A DNA stretch of 32,000 bases from Amoeboradix gromovi X-113 (lineage: Eukaryota > Fungi > Sanchytriomycota): assembly GCA_018985225.1 (NCBI GenBank), contig JADGIF010000022.1:1-32000 (forward strand). The letters are read 5' to 3'. Of this stretch, positions 1-11,254 are shown piece by piece (positions within the stretch are counted from its first letter, which is position 1; each line of letters begins with the position of its first letter). Position numbers and translations under genes: made by a program. The notes beneath the pieces are model-generated. The model was not told the DNA's origin, did not search any database, and saw only the letters and a list, made by a program, of their open reading frames with translations.

Positions 1-297
1 TAATGGGACATTGTAGCCATGTTTCTTGCGACCTTGCTCGACAAGCTACTTAGCATCTGGCTCGTATTGAACGATGGCAAGAATATAAGATCATATGTCT
101 TTGCATGCTGTACCTGTTACTTATTTCTTTAGATTTGACATATTCAGGATTACATCTATTTACTCCATTTACCATTTGCGAAAAGGAAGAATATCGAGTG
201 TTTAAGGTATTAGAAAAATCTGGAAAAGTCTTGAAATGATACAAAAATATATACAAATTCGCGATAAATGATTTATTCAAGAAAATAGTCAAGCTGT
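1..297 (-). mobile_element. Fanzor2/IS607-TnpB-like non-autonomous element remnant, runs off the left edge of the window
   Basis: Ungapped ~95% identity (about 15 mismatches in 297 nt by manual count) to 24797-25093. The minus strand reads AKTYDLIFLPSFNTSQMLSSLSSKVARNMATMSH, the Fanzor2-type YDxIxLP..F...M...SHY segment. Confidence 0.8.
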
Positions 298-561
298 ATT
301 AGAATAAAAATAGCGGGTATTCATAGAGCATCAACGTAGAAGAGTGTTTCTGTGGAGTACTTCTGCTACATACTTTTCCTTCTTTTCATGCTTCTCTATG
401 ATTATTCTTTCCATTAAATTGGACAACTCCCAGAGGCTGAATATTAGCGGAGCTATTTCGCCTAGATTCTAGATTATAGCATGTGAGATTTTTCTGTGAA
501 GATGAATTCCGGTTTTTACAGCGGGTTCCCTAACGGATTTATAAATAAAATAAATTTTGGT

Positions 562-2976
562 TTATTGTACTTCTTTTAATATGTTTCCACTTACTGTTAT
601 CAAGCCATATGGATTTCCCTCGTTCTCAAAGCCTGTTGTCTGGATTATTATCCCGCTAACCACAGTTCCCCCGGTTGCTTCTGCAAGCATTCTCATTTCA
701 GCTTGCGCTTCAGTATTAGAGATACAAAGCAATTCGGCTACCTTACCTGAGAGCACAACTGTGTCTCTTTCAGAGTATTCTTTAACCAAATGAAGAGTGT
801 GAAAATTCAAATGTTCGTATTCCTTAATAGTGCTATTTGACATTAAGCAGATATTTTGATAAGGAACATCTGTTTCTATTGGTTTGAATATGGTGCCGCT
901 TAGAGTGATAAGTACCTGGTCGTGATCTACAACTCTTAAACTTAGATCAAATCCTTTGATGTAAATGTTAAAAGTTTGAACGTCTGAAATATCAAAAATG
1001 CCGTTTTTAACAAACGGCAGATACTCTATGCGCTCCTTGAACTCAGTGCATAGTTTGTCTATAGCATTAGAGAGTTCCAACTGTAGGTTGTCGCTGCTTA
1101 AATCTAGATAAGAATGATTTTGAAGAAATTCTATAAATTGGTCCTCAGTCTCCATCCAATCAGGGACTATAGGTATATCAGTTGATAGAGAGTCAATATA
1201 AAGTACGTCTAATATATGTCTATCTATTTTGTCATCGATGCTTATCATATTCGAAGCACTAGCGGATAAAACAGCGTCTAAAATTAAGTTTTTGAAAAAC
1301 TCAGGACTGGGACTTGACGGATCTTCAGATAGTGGACTTAATTTTTTAGAAAGGTTCAGCGATGATTTCACTTCTGCCATTTCTCTGTGTTTCAATGTGC
1401 TTTCGATATTAATCTCGCTAATTCTTCTAATTGATTCTACTTTATCTTCAGTACCATCGACTGCTATAGGAATGCTTTCAGTTTGAAATGCGAGTGGAGA
1501 TGCAGGCGGTAAACATGTTAAATGTATAGAAAATCCATAAGCAATTCCAAGTATCAACTTTTCACCAACATCGATCGTCCAGTTTAAATTGAATATTGCA
1601 TTTTTACCAAACATTCTCATCTTTAGTAACAGTTGCTGATGCAAATCATATTCTAAAAAGGGTATTAAATCACTTATTATCTGCGCATGGACTTCACCTT
1701 CTCTTTCCTTCTTTTGTCGCACTACGACCGCCCATACGAACTTTGGAGTTCCTAACATCTGCTCTGTTGACGGTAGATCCATTGTGCTTAATATTACATC
1801 TGGGACCTCTTCACATCCACATACATAACATTGGCAGAACTGTGAAGGCCATAAGGTATTCTTGAATGTAGAGTGATACACGCTGCAATCAACAAGGTCA
1901 CTTTCATCCATAACGCAAGCAGTACCTGTCGCTTGTAATAAGCACACGTCATCAACCACGCTCACTGATTCTTGGTATCCAACCACAATATTACAGCGCA
2001 AGGTAGTCATGTGTTCCTTAACTTCTTCTCTTAGTTCAACCCACCACTGGTCTCTCTCGTCATCATTACTAAACAATTTGACGGATTTAACTGTAACAAA
2101 TCCGCCAATTTTAGCAACTTTTAAGTTAGTCAAAGTACAGAATGGATACCTTTTTTTAGCACCTACATCGAAAGATAAAGATATAGGAGATGTGCCTATA
2201 TCTATAGAGTGTTTAGAGTCTAGGTCGGAATGTATAGAATTATCGTCACCGCTGCTTAAGGCGCGCTTATTCTTTATAATGCGTTTATACATGCCTGGAT
2301 CAACAATTTTGGTTAATGTACCGATACCTCGGGCAGTCACAGATTGGTTGTCAGGTTCAAAGTCAAAGCTAAATTTATAACCAAGTACCATGTCAGCACC
2401 ACTAGAACTAGCATACTCTAGAATCTTTTCCCTGAGACTAGCTTCCAGTTTGTACATGTTTCTACGCCTATTTTCATTACTCGCTCGCTGGGTTCTAAAC
2501 GAATCACTCCAATGATACTCACTGTCTTTTAACGAAACTATAAAATCAACTAAACCCAAGACTTCAAAGTTCTGAAATGTCGGACGGGTTAAAGATTGAA
2601 TAGGTATACTAGATATATTCATATCAAAAGAATTGATTTGTATATTAACCAAGATTTCGCCGCGAGTACCTTCTAAACTATCCATTAATGGAAACCAACC
2701 ATTCACATTACAAGTCGGGAGAATAACAGTTCCGATTAAATTGTCGGTAGTGATAGCATCTCTGTCCCAGACGCTAATGTCAATAAACGGCACCAGATCT
2801 TGACTTTCCCATCTGCATGCATAGTTCCATTTGGGTTCCAGCGAATGAATTGTTTGAGTTCTTTGTTCGTTGTTATCAAATTTAATGACGCAATATGCAT
2901 CAGAGGAATCTGTTGATTTATCCATTATTGGCAGGTTGCGTCCTTCTAATATTTTTAGTTTTATTATTGAAGGCAT
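562..2976 (-). CDS. C2CD5: C2 domain-containing protein 5 (C2CD5/KIAA0528)-like
   Basis: N-terminal C2 domain starting MPSIIKLKILEGRNLPIMDK. It also has the DSEYHWSDSFRTQRASNENR and ERDQWWVELREEV motifs typical of C2CD5. Start placed at ATG 2976 rather than GTG 3054. Confidence 0.85.
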   Translation of the reverse strand: MPSIIKLKILEGRNLPIMDKSTDSSDAYCVIKFDNNEQRTQTIHSLEPKWNYACRWESQDLVPFIDISVWDRDAITTDNLIGTVILPTCNVNGWFPLMDSLEGTRGEILVNIQINSFDMNISSIPIQSLTRPTFQNFEVLGLVDFIVSLKDSEYHWSDSFRTQRASNENRRRNMYKLEASLREKILEYASSSGADMVLGYKFSFDFEPDNQSVTARGIGTLTKIVDPGMYKRIIKNKRALSSGDDNSIHSDLDSKHSIDIGTSPISLSFDVGAKKRYPFCTLTNLKVAKIGGFVTVKSVKLFSNDDERDQWWVELREEVKEHMTTLRCNIVVGYQESVSVVDDVCLLQATGTACVMDESDLVDCSVYHSTFKNTLWPSQFCQCYVCGCEEVPDVILSTMDLPSTEQMLGTPKFVWAVVVRQKKEREGEVHAQIISDLIPFLEYDLHQQLLLKMRMFGKNAIFNLNWTIDVGEKLILGIAYGFSIHLTCLPPASPLAFQTESIPIAVDGTEDKVESIRRISEINIESTLKHREMAEVKSSLNLSKKLSPLSEDPSSPSPEFFKNLILDAVLSASASNMISIDDKIDRHILDVLYIDSLSTDIPIVPDWMETEDQFIEFLQNHSYLDLSSDNLQLELSNAIDKLCTEFKERIEYLPFVKNGIFDISDVQTFNIYIKGFDLSLRVVDHDQVLITLSGTIFKPIETDVPYQNICLMSNSTIKEYEHLNFHTLHLVKEYSERDTVVLSGKVAELLCISNTEAQAEMRMLAEATGGTVVSGIIIQTTGFENEGNPYGLITVSGNILKEVQ

Positions 2977-3153
2977 GGTTACAGAAACTCCGAATTTGAG
3001 GAAACAAATAGATGGAGCCCGCAAGCAGAGTCCAAATTTAATCAAGGTTGCCACTTGATTCTATTGCCAATTAACCGCATTTTCACAACCAGCTCTGATT
3101 GGCTCAAAGTTCTAAATTGATGTGAAAAAGCATTAGTCACTCGGGGTGGAAAC

Positions 3154-6100
3154 ATGGCTTCCGCTCTACGACCTATTACTGCATTATTTCAAGTAGTTGA
3201 TGAATTGATTCAGTCAGTAGATAGGGTAAAAGATAATGCAGTGCAAATCGATAGGACTGTTGCCTATGGTCATCAAGTATTGGATTTAATATGTTTTGAA
3301 TTGGAAAAGAAAGAAATCGTACAACAATCAAATGGTCTCGGAATTCAGACCAACAGATCATATCCCTTCGACCAGCTACCTCAACCTATTGGTGAGTATT
3401 GCACTAAGCTACATAGTACTCTGCTGGATATACAGAACTATAAAGATATTTATGACACCAAAAAGATCCATCACAAAATTTTAAAGTCACTTAAACACAC
3501 GCGTAAACTGGACAATTACGAGCATACTCTACGTGATCTGATTCAACTTATCAAAGGGCATTATCAAGTAATACATCATGATTTAATGCTCCAAAAGCAA
3601 AAGGAACCTAAAATGGTACAACAGCTACTTAACGAGCCCAGGAATAGCAATAATCAGTTACAGCAACCTAGCGAACTATACAGTCGTCGTAATCCTGATG
3701 CCCAATTACGTATTGAGTCTCTCGCACAAAAGCAGCGAGAAAATGATCAATTTTTCCAAAACATGCTGCAAAGCTATTCTCGTAACCTAAACAAGGATGA
3801 AATAGAATACGAAACTATTAAGGAAGTGGAATGGCTATCAAAGAATAAGCCTCATCCAATTTATCCAGTTCAGGTTAAACCTGTGTTTGATAGATTTCCC
3901 GGTATTTCTAAATCTCCTATTCACAAAGAAGTGGAACTAGATGAGCAGCTAATCAATAGCTTAGATGCTTTAAACTACGAGCATGTCACTGTTTCAACTG
4001 ATTACGAATTAAGCGAAATTCCGGCTCCTCGCAAAAGCTCTAGCACGCAAAGTGAGAAATCTGCCCATTTTGTTGAGTCCAAGCGTAATAGTTTGCAAAG
4101 TGACCAATTCTTTAATTTTGGACCTTATTCAAACAATACAGAGGCTATATCACCTTCAAAGTCAAATCGATCTAAACTAGCAAAACCCTCTTACAGCCCT
4201 AAGCCGCAATCTAAGATTACTAAATCTGACTTTGCGAATAATATGCTCAAATCGCATCCTTCTCTAGAGCAATCCATTATTTCTACGTCTGATAGGCTTT
4301 CTGTTGCTGCAGTAGAATTAGACAAGGAAGATGATAGCACTAACGCTTCTTGCAGAAACGATAATTCTAGCCCTACTGAACCTCTGAGTAGCCCTACTGC
4401 AGATAAACCATTTACAAGTAGTCCCCAGCTGTCTCCCGATAGTAATCATATTGGAACAAATCATAGGAAATCCGTGCACTCGATAGTTATTAATGAGCCT
4501 CTATTCTTCCATCCTTCTCAAGAGCTCAGTTCTAGTATAAATGAATCCAATATTACAGACGAAGCGACATACTCTACCATTAATAGTGTTTTAAGCAGTA
4601 GCACCACTAAAAGTCTCCAAATTCCTGGAAATCCCACTCTAGGCGCAAGAGACTCAAAAGGTAATCAGGTAATTGTAAGTAATGGTGAGAATAGTGAGTT
4701 AGTCAACGATGATAAATTATCTGATTCTAAGAGCAACGCTGGTTCGGAAGTCGGAAGAGCTTTAGCCGAAAAGGATCCTGTTTCCTTAGTCCAAAATATT
4801 ATTGGAGCAGTTTCCTCGAACACTGAAAAAGTCGATGCAACTGGCACGGCTAATTTTGGTTTGGTTACATCTGCTAATAGAGAAGATGACAAATTGTTGG
4901 ATATCGAACCTCTGGAATTCGTGGCTACGGTGCCCAACACCAAAGTAGATTTGGATGCGTTGCTTATTGACTTTGATAATTCATTACCACGAACTAGTGA
5001 AAACAACGTAACTGCTGAAGTTCAAGCGCCTAAACCAGAAGAACCACCGAAGCAGGACAGTAGGGTGGACGTGGAGGAAACAAAGCATCAGGATAATGAT
5101 CAGCCGCAGAGTGCTGATAAGGGTGAAAGTCAGAAGTCGGTGGAAAATATCCAAGAGGAGCATCATCCAGGTATCCAATCAAAAGATCGGAATCGCCTGT
5201 CTGTTGAGACTGCACAAGATGATCATTATCCGGATGTTATACTGAATGATCCAAATCAACCTGCTTTGTACGACGATCAGTATTATGACTACAACCAACA
5301 AGGTTATTATGACAACCAATACTGCGATCCCAATTTCTATTATTACGATCCCAATTATCAGCAGTACTACTATTATCCGCCTGTGAGCGAATCGAAATCA
5401 CAGCCCAACACACCTTCGATTCAAGCAGTTAAAAGCCCAGGTGATAGACCCCAATCTATGATTTTAAATAGCACAACAGCTAGTGAGTTAAGTGCGCCTT
5501 ATTATACAGGACCTAATTACGCCCTCGCCAGACCGCCTGCTCAGACAGAAAAACTAGTAAGACCTACTATTTATAAGCCAAACGATAAAGCAAGGCCTAA
5601 CTCTATGATAAGTACTTTATCAGGCTTCAGTGATAAATCGAAACAGTTTGCCAGCAGACTTAACAATCCGTTTACATCACAAAGTCAGCTTAATCCAGTA
5701 AGTCGCTCTAACAGCCATTCGCTGGACATGAATACTCAGTTTAACACTGTGCAGAGGTACGCAGATAATGGAGATAGCGATGCCATGTTTGAGTTGGCAA
5801 AGAGATATGCATCTACTAAATCTGAATGTGACATGAGCAAGGCAGTGGATTACTTGTCAAAAGCGAGCAAATTAGGTCACGAAGAGGCCAGTGTGGCATT
5901 GGGTAAAGTATATTTAAGAGGAGAGGGAGGTATAAAGAGAGACGTAAACAAGGCAATATCGTACTTACGAGTTGCTCAGCGGAATCCTTCTGCTTTGAAT
6001 GCTCTAGGTAGATGTTATGAATTAAGAAAGCAGTATGGTGAGGCATTTAAATGTTTCATAACAGCCAGTGAATTTGGTCATGCTAGTAGTTTGCTCAATG

Positions 6101-6714
6101 TTGGGCTATGCTACTCAAGTGGCAGAGGTGTGGAGCAAGATTGCAAAAGTGCTAAATCTTACTTCGAATATGCTGCAGAACTCGGAAATGGATTAGCGCA
6201 CAAGATATTAGGAACGGCTTATCTGAACGGGGATTTAGGGCTACAAAAAGACTATTTAAAGGGATTTCAACACTTTCAATCATCATTGCAGTGCGGATGT
6301 CCAGACTCCCATATAAACATTGCAGAATGTTACCAAAATGGAGTAGGGGTAGACCAGAGTAATGAGCTAGCATTTGAGCATTATAAACTGGCTGCCCAGG
6401 CTAAGCCATTTAATCCAGAAAGTCAGTATAAGTTTGGACAAATTTATGAACAAGGGTTATTATGTGAGCAAAACTATACACGCGCTATATACTGGTATGC
6501 GGCTAGTGCTAAATTAGATTATGGACCCAGTGCGTTTAGGTTAGGTTACATTTACGAGAATGGGTATGGAGTAGAAAAGGACTTAAAGCGGGCATACGGA
6601 ATGTATTGCCATGCAGCAGAATCTACGAGGACACCGGTTTTAGAAGCTAAAAAGTGCGCAGAGAAGATTAAGCCCACAAGAATATCACAAGTACTGAGTT
6701 ACTTTGGAAATTAA
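3154..6714 (+). CDS. Sel1-like repeat protein with an N-terminal helical domain and a long low-complexity linker
   Basis: 1186 aa ORF. The last ~310 aa are tandem Sel1 repeats (e.g. AMFELAKRY, VGLCYSSGRGVEQD, LGYIYENGYGVEKD). Confidence 0.85.
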   Translation: MASALRPITALFQVVDELIQSVDRVKDNAVQIDRTVAYGHQVLDLICFELEKKEIVQQSNGLGIQTNRSYPFDQLPQPIGEYCTKLHSTLLDIQNYKDIYDTKKIHHKILKSLKHTRKLDNYEHTLRDLIQLIKGHYQVIHHDLMLQKQKEPKMVQQLLNEPRNSNNQLQQPSELYSRRNPDAQLRIESLAQKQRENDQFFQNMLQSYSRNLNKDEIEYETIKEVEWLSKNKPHPIYPVQVKPVFDRFPGISKSPIHKEVELDEQLINSLDALNYEHVTVSTDYELSEIPAPRKSSSTQSEKSAHFVESKRNSLQSDQFFNFGPYSNNTEAISPSKSNRSKLAKPSYSPKPQSKITKSDFANNMLKSHPSLEQSIISTSDRLSVAAVELDKEDDSTNASCRNDNSSPTEPLSSPTADKPFTSSPQLSPDSNHIGTNHRKSVHSIVINEPLFFHPSQELSSSINESNITDEATYSTINSVLSSSTTKSLQIPGNPTLGARDSKGNQVIVSNGENSELVNDDKLSDSKSNAGSEVGRALAEKDPVSLVQNIIGAVSSNTEKVDATGTANFGLVTSANREDDKLLDIEPLEFVATVPNTKVDLDALLIDFDNSLPRTSENNVTAEVQAPKPEEPPKQDSRVDVEETKHQDNDQPQSADKGESQKSVENIQEEHHPGIQSKDRNRLSVETAQDDHYPDVILNDPNQPALYDDQYYDYNQQGYYDNQYCDPNFYYYDPNYQQYYYYPPVSESKSQPNTPSIQAVKSPGDRPQSMILNSTTASELSAPYYTGPNYALARPPAQTEKLVRPTIYKPNDKARPNSMISTLSGFSDKSKQFASRLNNPFTSQSQLNPVSRSNSHSLDMNTQFNTVQRYADNGDSDAMFELAKRYASTKSECDMSKAVDYLSKASKLGHEEASVALGKVYLRGEGGIKRDVNKAISYLRVAQRNPSALNALGRCYELRKQYGEAFKCFITASEFGHASSLLNVGLCYSSGRGVEQDCKSAKSYFEYAAELGNGLAHKILGTAYLNGDLGLQKDYLKGFQHFQSSLQCGCPDSHINIAECYQNGVGVDQSNELAFEHYKLAAQAKPFNPESQYKFGQIYEQGLLCEQNYTRAIYWYAASAKLDYGPSAFRLGYIYENGYGVEKDLKRAYGMYCHAAESTRTPVLEAKKCAEKIKPTRISQVLSYFGN

Positions 6715-7307
6715 TAAAAAATGTATAACTTAGGATATCTGGTTTACTTGCTTGAAATATGTGCACTTTGTTCAGGACGTACTCCACGAAAACCATAAGG
6801 CCCAGAAGAATATCTCAAATACATAGTACTACTCAGGTAGAAATGGCGGAGTTTATCACATATGCTTTAGTGACGCCTTTCATAACTACCCACTTGGCAT
6901 TTTAGGACGTAAAGGACTTGTACTATAAAAAGTAAAATAGAGGGGAATAAAAAAGGTATAATAAAAAGATAAAGAGTTATTGACCAAACTCCGGGAAAGA
7001 AACAATCAAAACTGTATTACACTAAGCTTGATTAATTTCACTGACTCCAATATTACGATGAATACCAGCACTTAACGAAGTGTATCACAGGCTTCAAAGA
7101 GTTAAGTCAAAAGAATCTAGGAAGAGGCATCTTTGGTATGACGTGTAAGTTTATTGGACCATTTTAACTTATTTAAAGCGGACAAATGGACCTTTTAAGT
7201 TTTCCGAATCTCTATAGATCTCGATTTCTCGTTTTCAAGAGTCTCATGATTTAACCAATCAGATGTCAATATATTTTATCAAAACGCGTTCGCAGAAAGA
7301 AACAGCC

Positions 7308-8306
7308 ATGATACTTATAACTCTTCTTTACAGTTTTACAGAGGAATGCGAAAATGTCGTGAATTTAGCTAGAGGATTAGGAATGGAGAGCAGTAATCCG
7401 ACAGAGTTTACTAGCATACTCAACAATTGTTGTAGTTCAAAAGGGATAACCTGCTCTGGTGCAATTGTTGGGATTAAATGGAATGGTTACAACTTAGAAG
7501 GTAAAATAAATGGGACTGCACTGCCACCATACTTACGAGTACTGCATTTAGAAGATAATAAAATTTACGGAGATATCCCTACACTACCCTCTACTTTAAC
7601 TCAGTTTTTTCTAGACAACAACAACATCAACGGGTCACTGCCTGATAAGCTGCCAATAGGATTACAATATGTATCGCTAACTTACAATATGATGTCCGGA
7701 AATTTCCCCACTCTTCCACAGAGTATACAAAATCTGTATTTGAGTCCAGGTAATCTCTTCTCTGGTAGTTTAGTGTTCAAATACCCAGTCTCATTTTCAA
7801 TATACGGTAACTGGATAAGCGATGTTGTAGTTTATAACTCTAGTAGGATTACAAGCTGCGATATCTCGAATAATCCACTGCTGAACAATCCCCATATTGC
7901 AAATCTTACAATGTGTACTAAAAATGATTTGTATAGCTTTGATACTCTATCGGCTGCTAGATTAGATTCTTTTTTAACCTCTGAAGATGCGGCGACGTAC
8001 AATTTAAAAACTAGGACATCTAAGCCATTATCGACAACTGATTTTTACCTAGAAAGCACCGATTCATATGAATCCGACTTTTACGAGTCTACCTTTATTG
8101 TTGACATCAAAAATTCTGATAAGGGCGAACCAATATTTGAATTGTCCTCTTTTGTAATTTATTTAGCAGTCGGGGGAGTTTTGTTGATAATAGTTATGTG
8201 TTTAAGTATCTTTATATTATGTAAAAATGCCAAGACAAAATCCAGATTTGCTGTTAATGATAGCATTAAGAAGGCTAGAAGTTCCTTTTTTAGAAAGTCA
8301 ATCTAG
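7308..8306 (+). CDS. LRR receptor-like single-pass membrane protein
   Basis: Signal-like start MILITLLYSF, a Cys cap (NCC..GITC), LxxLxLxxNxxxGxxP repeats, an S/T-rich stalk, a TM helix (FVIYLAVGGVLLIIVMCLSIFIL) and a basic tail. Alternative ATG at 7263. Confidence 0.8.
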   Translation: MILITLLYSFTEECENVVNLARGLGMESSNPTEFTSILNNCCSSKGITCSGAIVGIKWNGYNLEGKINGTALPPYLRVLHLEDNKIYGDIPTLPSTLTQFFLDNNNINGSLPDKLPIGLQYVSLTYNMMSGNFPTLPQSIQNLYLSPGNLFSGSLVFKYPVSFSIYGNWISDVVVYNSSRITSCDISNNPLLNNPHIANLTMCTKNDLYSFDTLSAARLDSFLTSEDAATYNLKTRTSKPLSTTDFYLESTDSYESDFYESTFIVDIKNSDKGEPIFELSSFVIYLAVGGVLLIIVMCLSIFILCKNAKTKSRFAVNDSIKKARSSFFRKSI

Positions 8307-8353
8307 TAAATCATTCTGCTTTATATTTTTCAAAACTTTTCAATTCCTTTGAT

Positions 8354-11147
8354 ATGGAAGAGCTGGAGTTGTTAAGACTCAAGGGCGTATTGACTAGGGA
8401 GCATCTTGATATTTATTTTGATCCCAACAACTCTGAATATTTTTATCGTAATGGCATGCCTTCCAATACACCAATTGTAAACTATTCTGGCCCTGACTGC
8501 TTAAGAGCTATTTATTCAACAATTCAAGGTGCGTATACCCCAGTTAACATTAGGAACCCATCAATTGACTTTATTTTTCAATTTTTGAAGCTCTCTAACC
8601 ATTTACCAAGTAGTATTTCAAGCATTATTGAGCTATTGAGATCATTTAATATCACTTTTAATAACATGTGGAATCATTTCAGACCGTCTATTTGCATAAT
8701 CGTCAAAGATTTAGTACTAAAGTATTCATCTGTTTATTCGATTCTTGATTTAATCCATGTTTTTTACAATTCCAAGAAGGCAATTCAAACCGGTTCTCAA
8801 CCCATTGATAAGTTGTTTCCGTGTGCTCTGCAAGAATCTTTGGATAATTTGGATCATTTTACTTGGGATAACCCAACATTAAAGCTAAATGAAAATGACG
8901 CAAATACAATTCTTTGTAACAAGGATAGCTCTTACGTAATTCTACCATTTTTATATCCTCATTTTGCAAAGTGCCATGGAAAATCACTAGCTAACGTCAA
9001 TAGCAGATCGAAATCTTCCCTAACCACCAGTATTGCTCCTACTAGTTATACATTGAAACAAATTCAATCTATAGATGAGGTTGTTAGCGAGTCCACAGTC
9101 GTTTTACAGCTCCCTAACAATATGTCACCATATAAGTACTTTTGGGTAACATTTCATTATAACATGGGTGTATGTATTAGTAATAGAACAAAAGATTTGC
9201 CCAACTTACTGTCTAATAATGTCTTGAACGATTTGACTGTCCTGTTCACTCAGAACAAAGTCAAGTTTGGTGCTGATCAGTTGGCTATATACTGTGCCCG
9301 CATATTTGCAACTCTAATGCTGTTTAGCACTACAGATGGCAACATGGCGAGTATTCATGAGTATTTAACCAACGGGCATGATATTTTAAAAGCTATGGTT
9401 TTAATGGGACTGGCAGCTCATTCCAAATCATCCAAATACGATAAAAAGGCTTTTAGCAATGCTCATTTGATATCATTCATCACTGCGGACGATTCTTCTT
9501 ACATATTAAGAGCTGCCAAATACATATCGAAGGGACTGCTACTAATGAATGCGCCTAGAAGAGTGCCTTATAGTAAACAGTCCAGTAAACCAAACAGTAC
9601 AGACTATCTGCAAGAATGTTGCAATGTGCTGTTGACATTTAATTCTAATTCTACAGTTGGTGATCTACAGGATGTTGATTTCACATGCCACAATGGATTA
9701 ACCAGTGATATGGATATGATGGTGGTCGGTTGTGGTGTTGGGTTTGGATTAACTGTCATGAATTTGGAGAACAACAGGATATTAAACAGACTAATAAATA
9801 ATCTTATTAAAGGTATCAGTACTGATAGGCTACCATTTGCTAATAAAACAGGGATGTACATAGCGTTAATGTTGCATTATTTAAATACTAATCAATTGCC
9901 AACATCAGTAAACATATTTAATAAAATTGATACCCCAGATGCATTCTTGGTATACAAAACTAAGTATTCTGTAGAGGAGACATTGTATAGAGCTCTGTTG
10001 ATATCTATCTCCAGTAATTTAAGTATGGCGGATTGTTTAAAGGCCAGTACATTTCCATTTATTCACATTGGTAGGGATTATACCAGTGATTTGGGCAACT
10101 CTGATTTGCAATCACACTATTATGCTATAATAACAGGCACGTTTCTTGGGAAGTGCATTCTAAACATTGGAACAAGTGATCCGGGACTACTGGCTGAGTT
10201 CAATAAGATTTGCAAATGTTTCAAGGCAATATCGGCTATACATAACGCACAAACTCATTTCTATAGTAACACTTGTATAATGGGCATATGCTGTGTGTTC
10301 AGTGGTAGCTGTTCTGACTCAATTACCAGTTTCATCAAAAAAAGGATTTTAATTTCAGTTGAGTATTCACATCACGCCGCACTACAACAAAGTCTTGGAT
10401 TGTTATTTCTAGGTAACGGTACCTGCTGTATACGCAATTCACTTGTTGGACAGGCATTTACACTTTTATTAGTATTTCCAGATCAGCCATTAGACTTGGA
10501 AGATTCAACATTATTATTTCCAGCACTGAGGTACCTATGGCTACAAGCAATTGATGATAGAAAGTACGAAACCATAAATATGTTAGACGGTAAAAAATTG
10601 AATGTATGTGCTGAAGTAAAAAGCAGTTTTACTGAGAATAAGAAATTGCAAATGACTCCAGTTTTGATACAAAATACAAATGGATCACAGGTAATTACAA
10701 TTCAAGACAACGATTATGAGCCGCTAAATGTTGAATTATACATGAACGAGCACTCTGGAATTAAGACGGACGATAAACAAGTTAAAAAGGGAAGTATTCA
10801 TTTACTACCAAAAATTGTACATCCACTACATCAAGTAACTCAGATTCATGTAGAGCATATATAACGATGAAGTGAACACAGTGGGCATGAGTAGTGACAT
10901 GTACTATACGCTAAAATCTTTAAAGAACGTAAATGCATACTTAAGAGATGATTTCTTAATGATTAAAATGAATAAGCTAAGAAGCGAATGTGAATTGATT
11001 AACTACATGTGGGATGTAAAGTTATTAAAGGCATACGTCATAAATAACGATTCCATGATATCCATGCAGTCAATACATGAGCTGATAGAGAAATTGGAAT
11101 CAAAAAGAGAAGCGAATAGAGCATTTAAGGAGTACGATGATGAGTAA
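8354..11147 (+). CDS. APC1: Anaphase-promoting complex subunit 1, divergent; exons 8354-10834 and 10854-11147
   Basis: PC-repeat region motifs YSHHAALQQSLGLLFLGNG, FPALRYLWLQA and QMTPVLI. A 19-nt GT..AG intron (10835-10853) joins the 836 aa and 91 aa ORFs in frame, giving ~924 aa. Confidence 0.7.
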
Positions 11148-11254
11148 CGAGTAAATATTGTTTAAAATTCATAAAAATACGGGAATGTGGTTGTTCGAAC
11201 ACCACCAATTTAAATGAGGAAAACAAAGCTCGAGAATATCAAACGAATTCATAT

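Noticed and set aside
50-292. 80 aa ORFs at 50-292 and 24846-25088 as real paralogous genes
   Set aside because: They have non-ATG starts and lie inside the repeat, and their 3' part is an off-frame reading of the Fanzor remnant.
6836-6890. Interrupted hairpin GGTAG..GGCG..TCAC/GTGA..CGCC..CTACC as an ncRNA
   Set aside because: Short helices with large bulges and no box motifs; compatible with chance.
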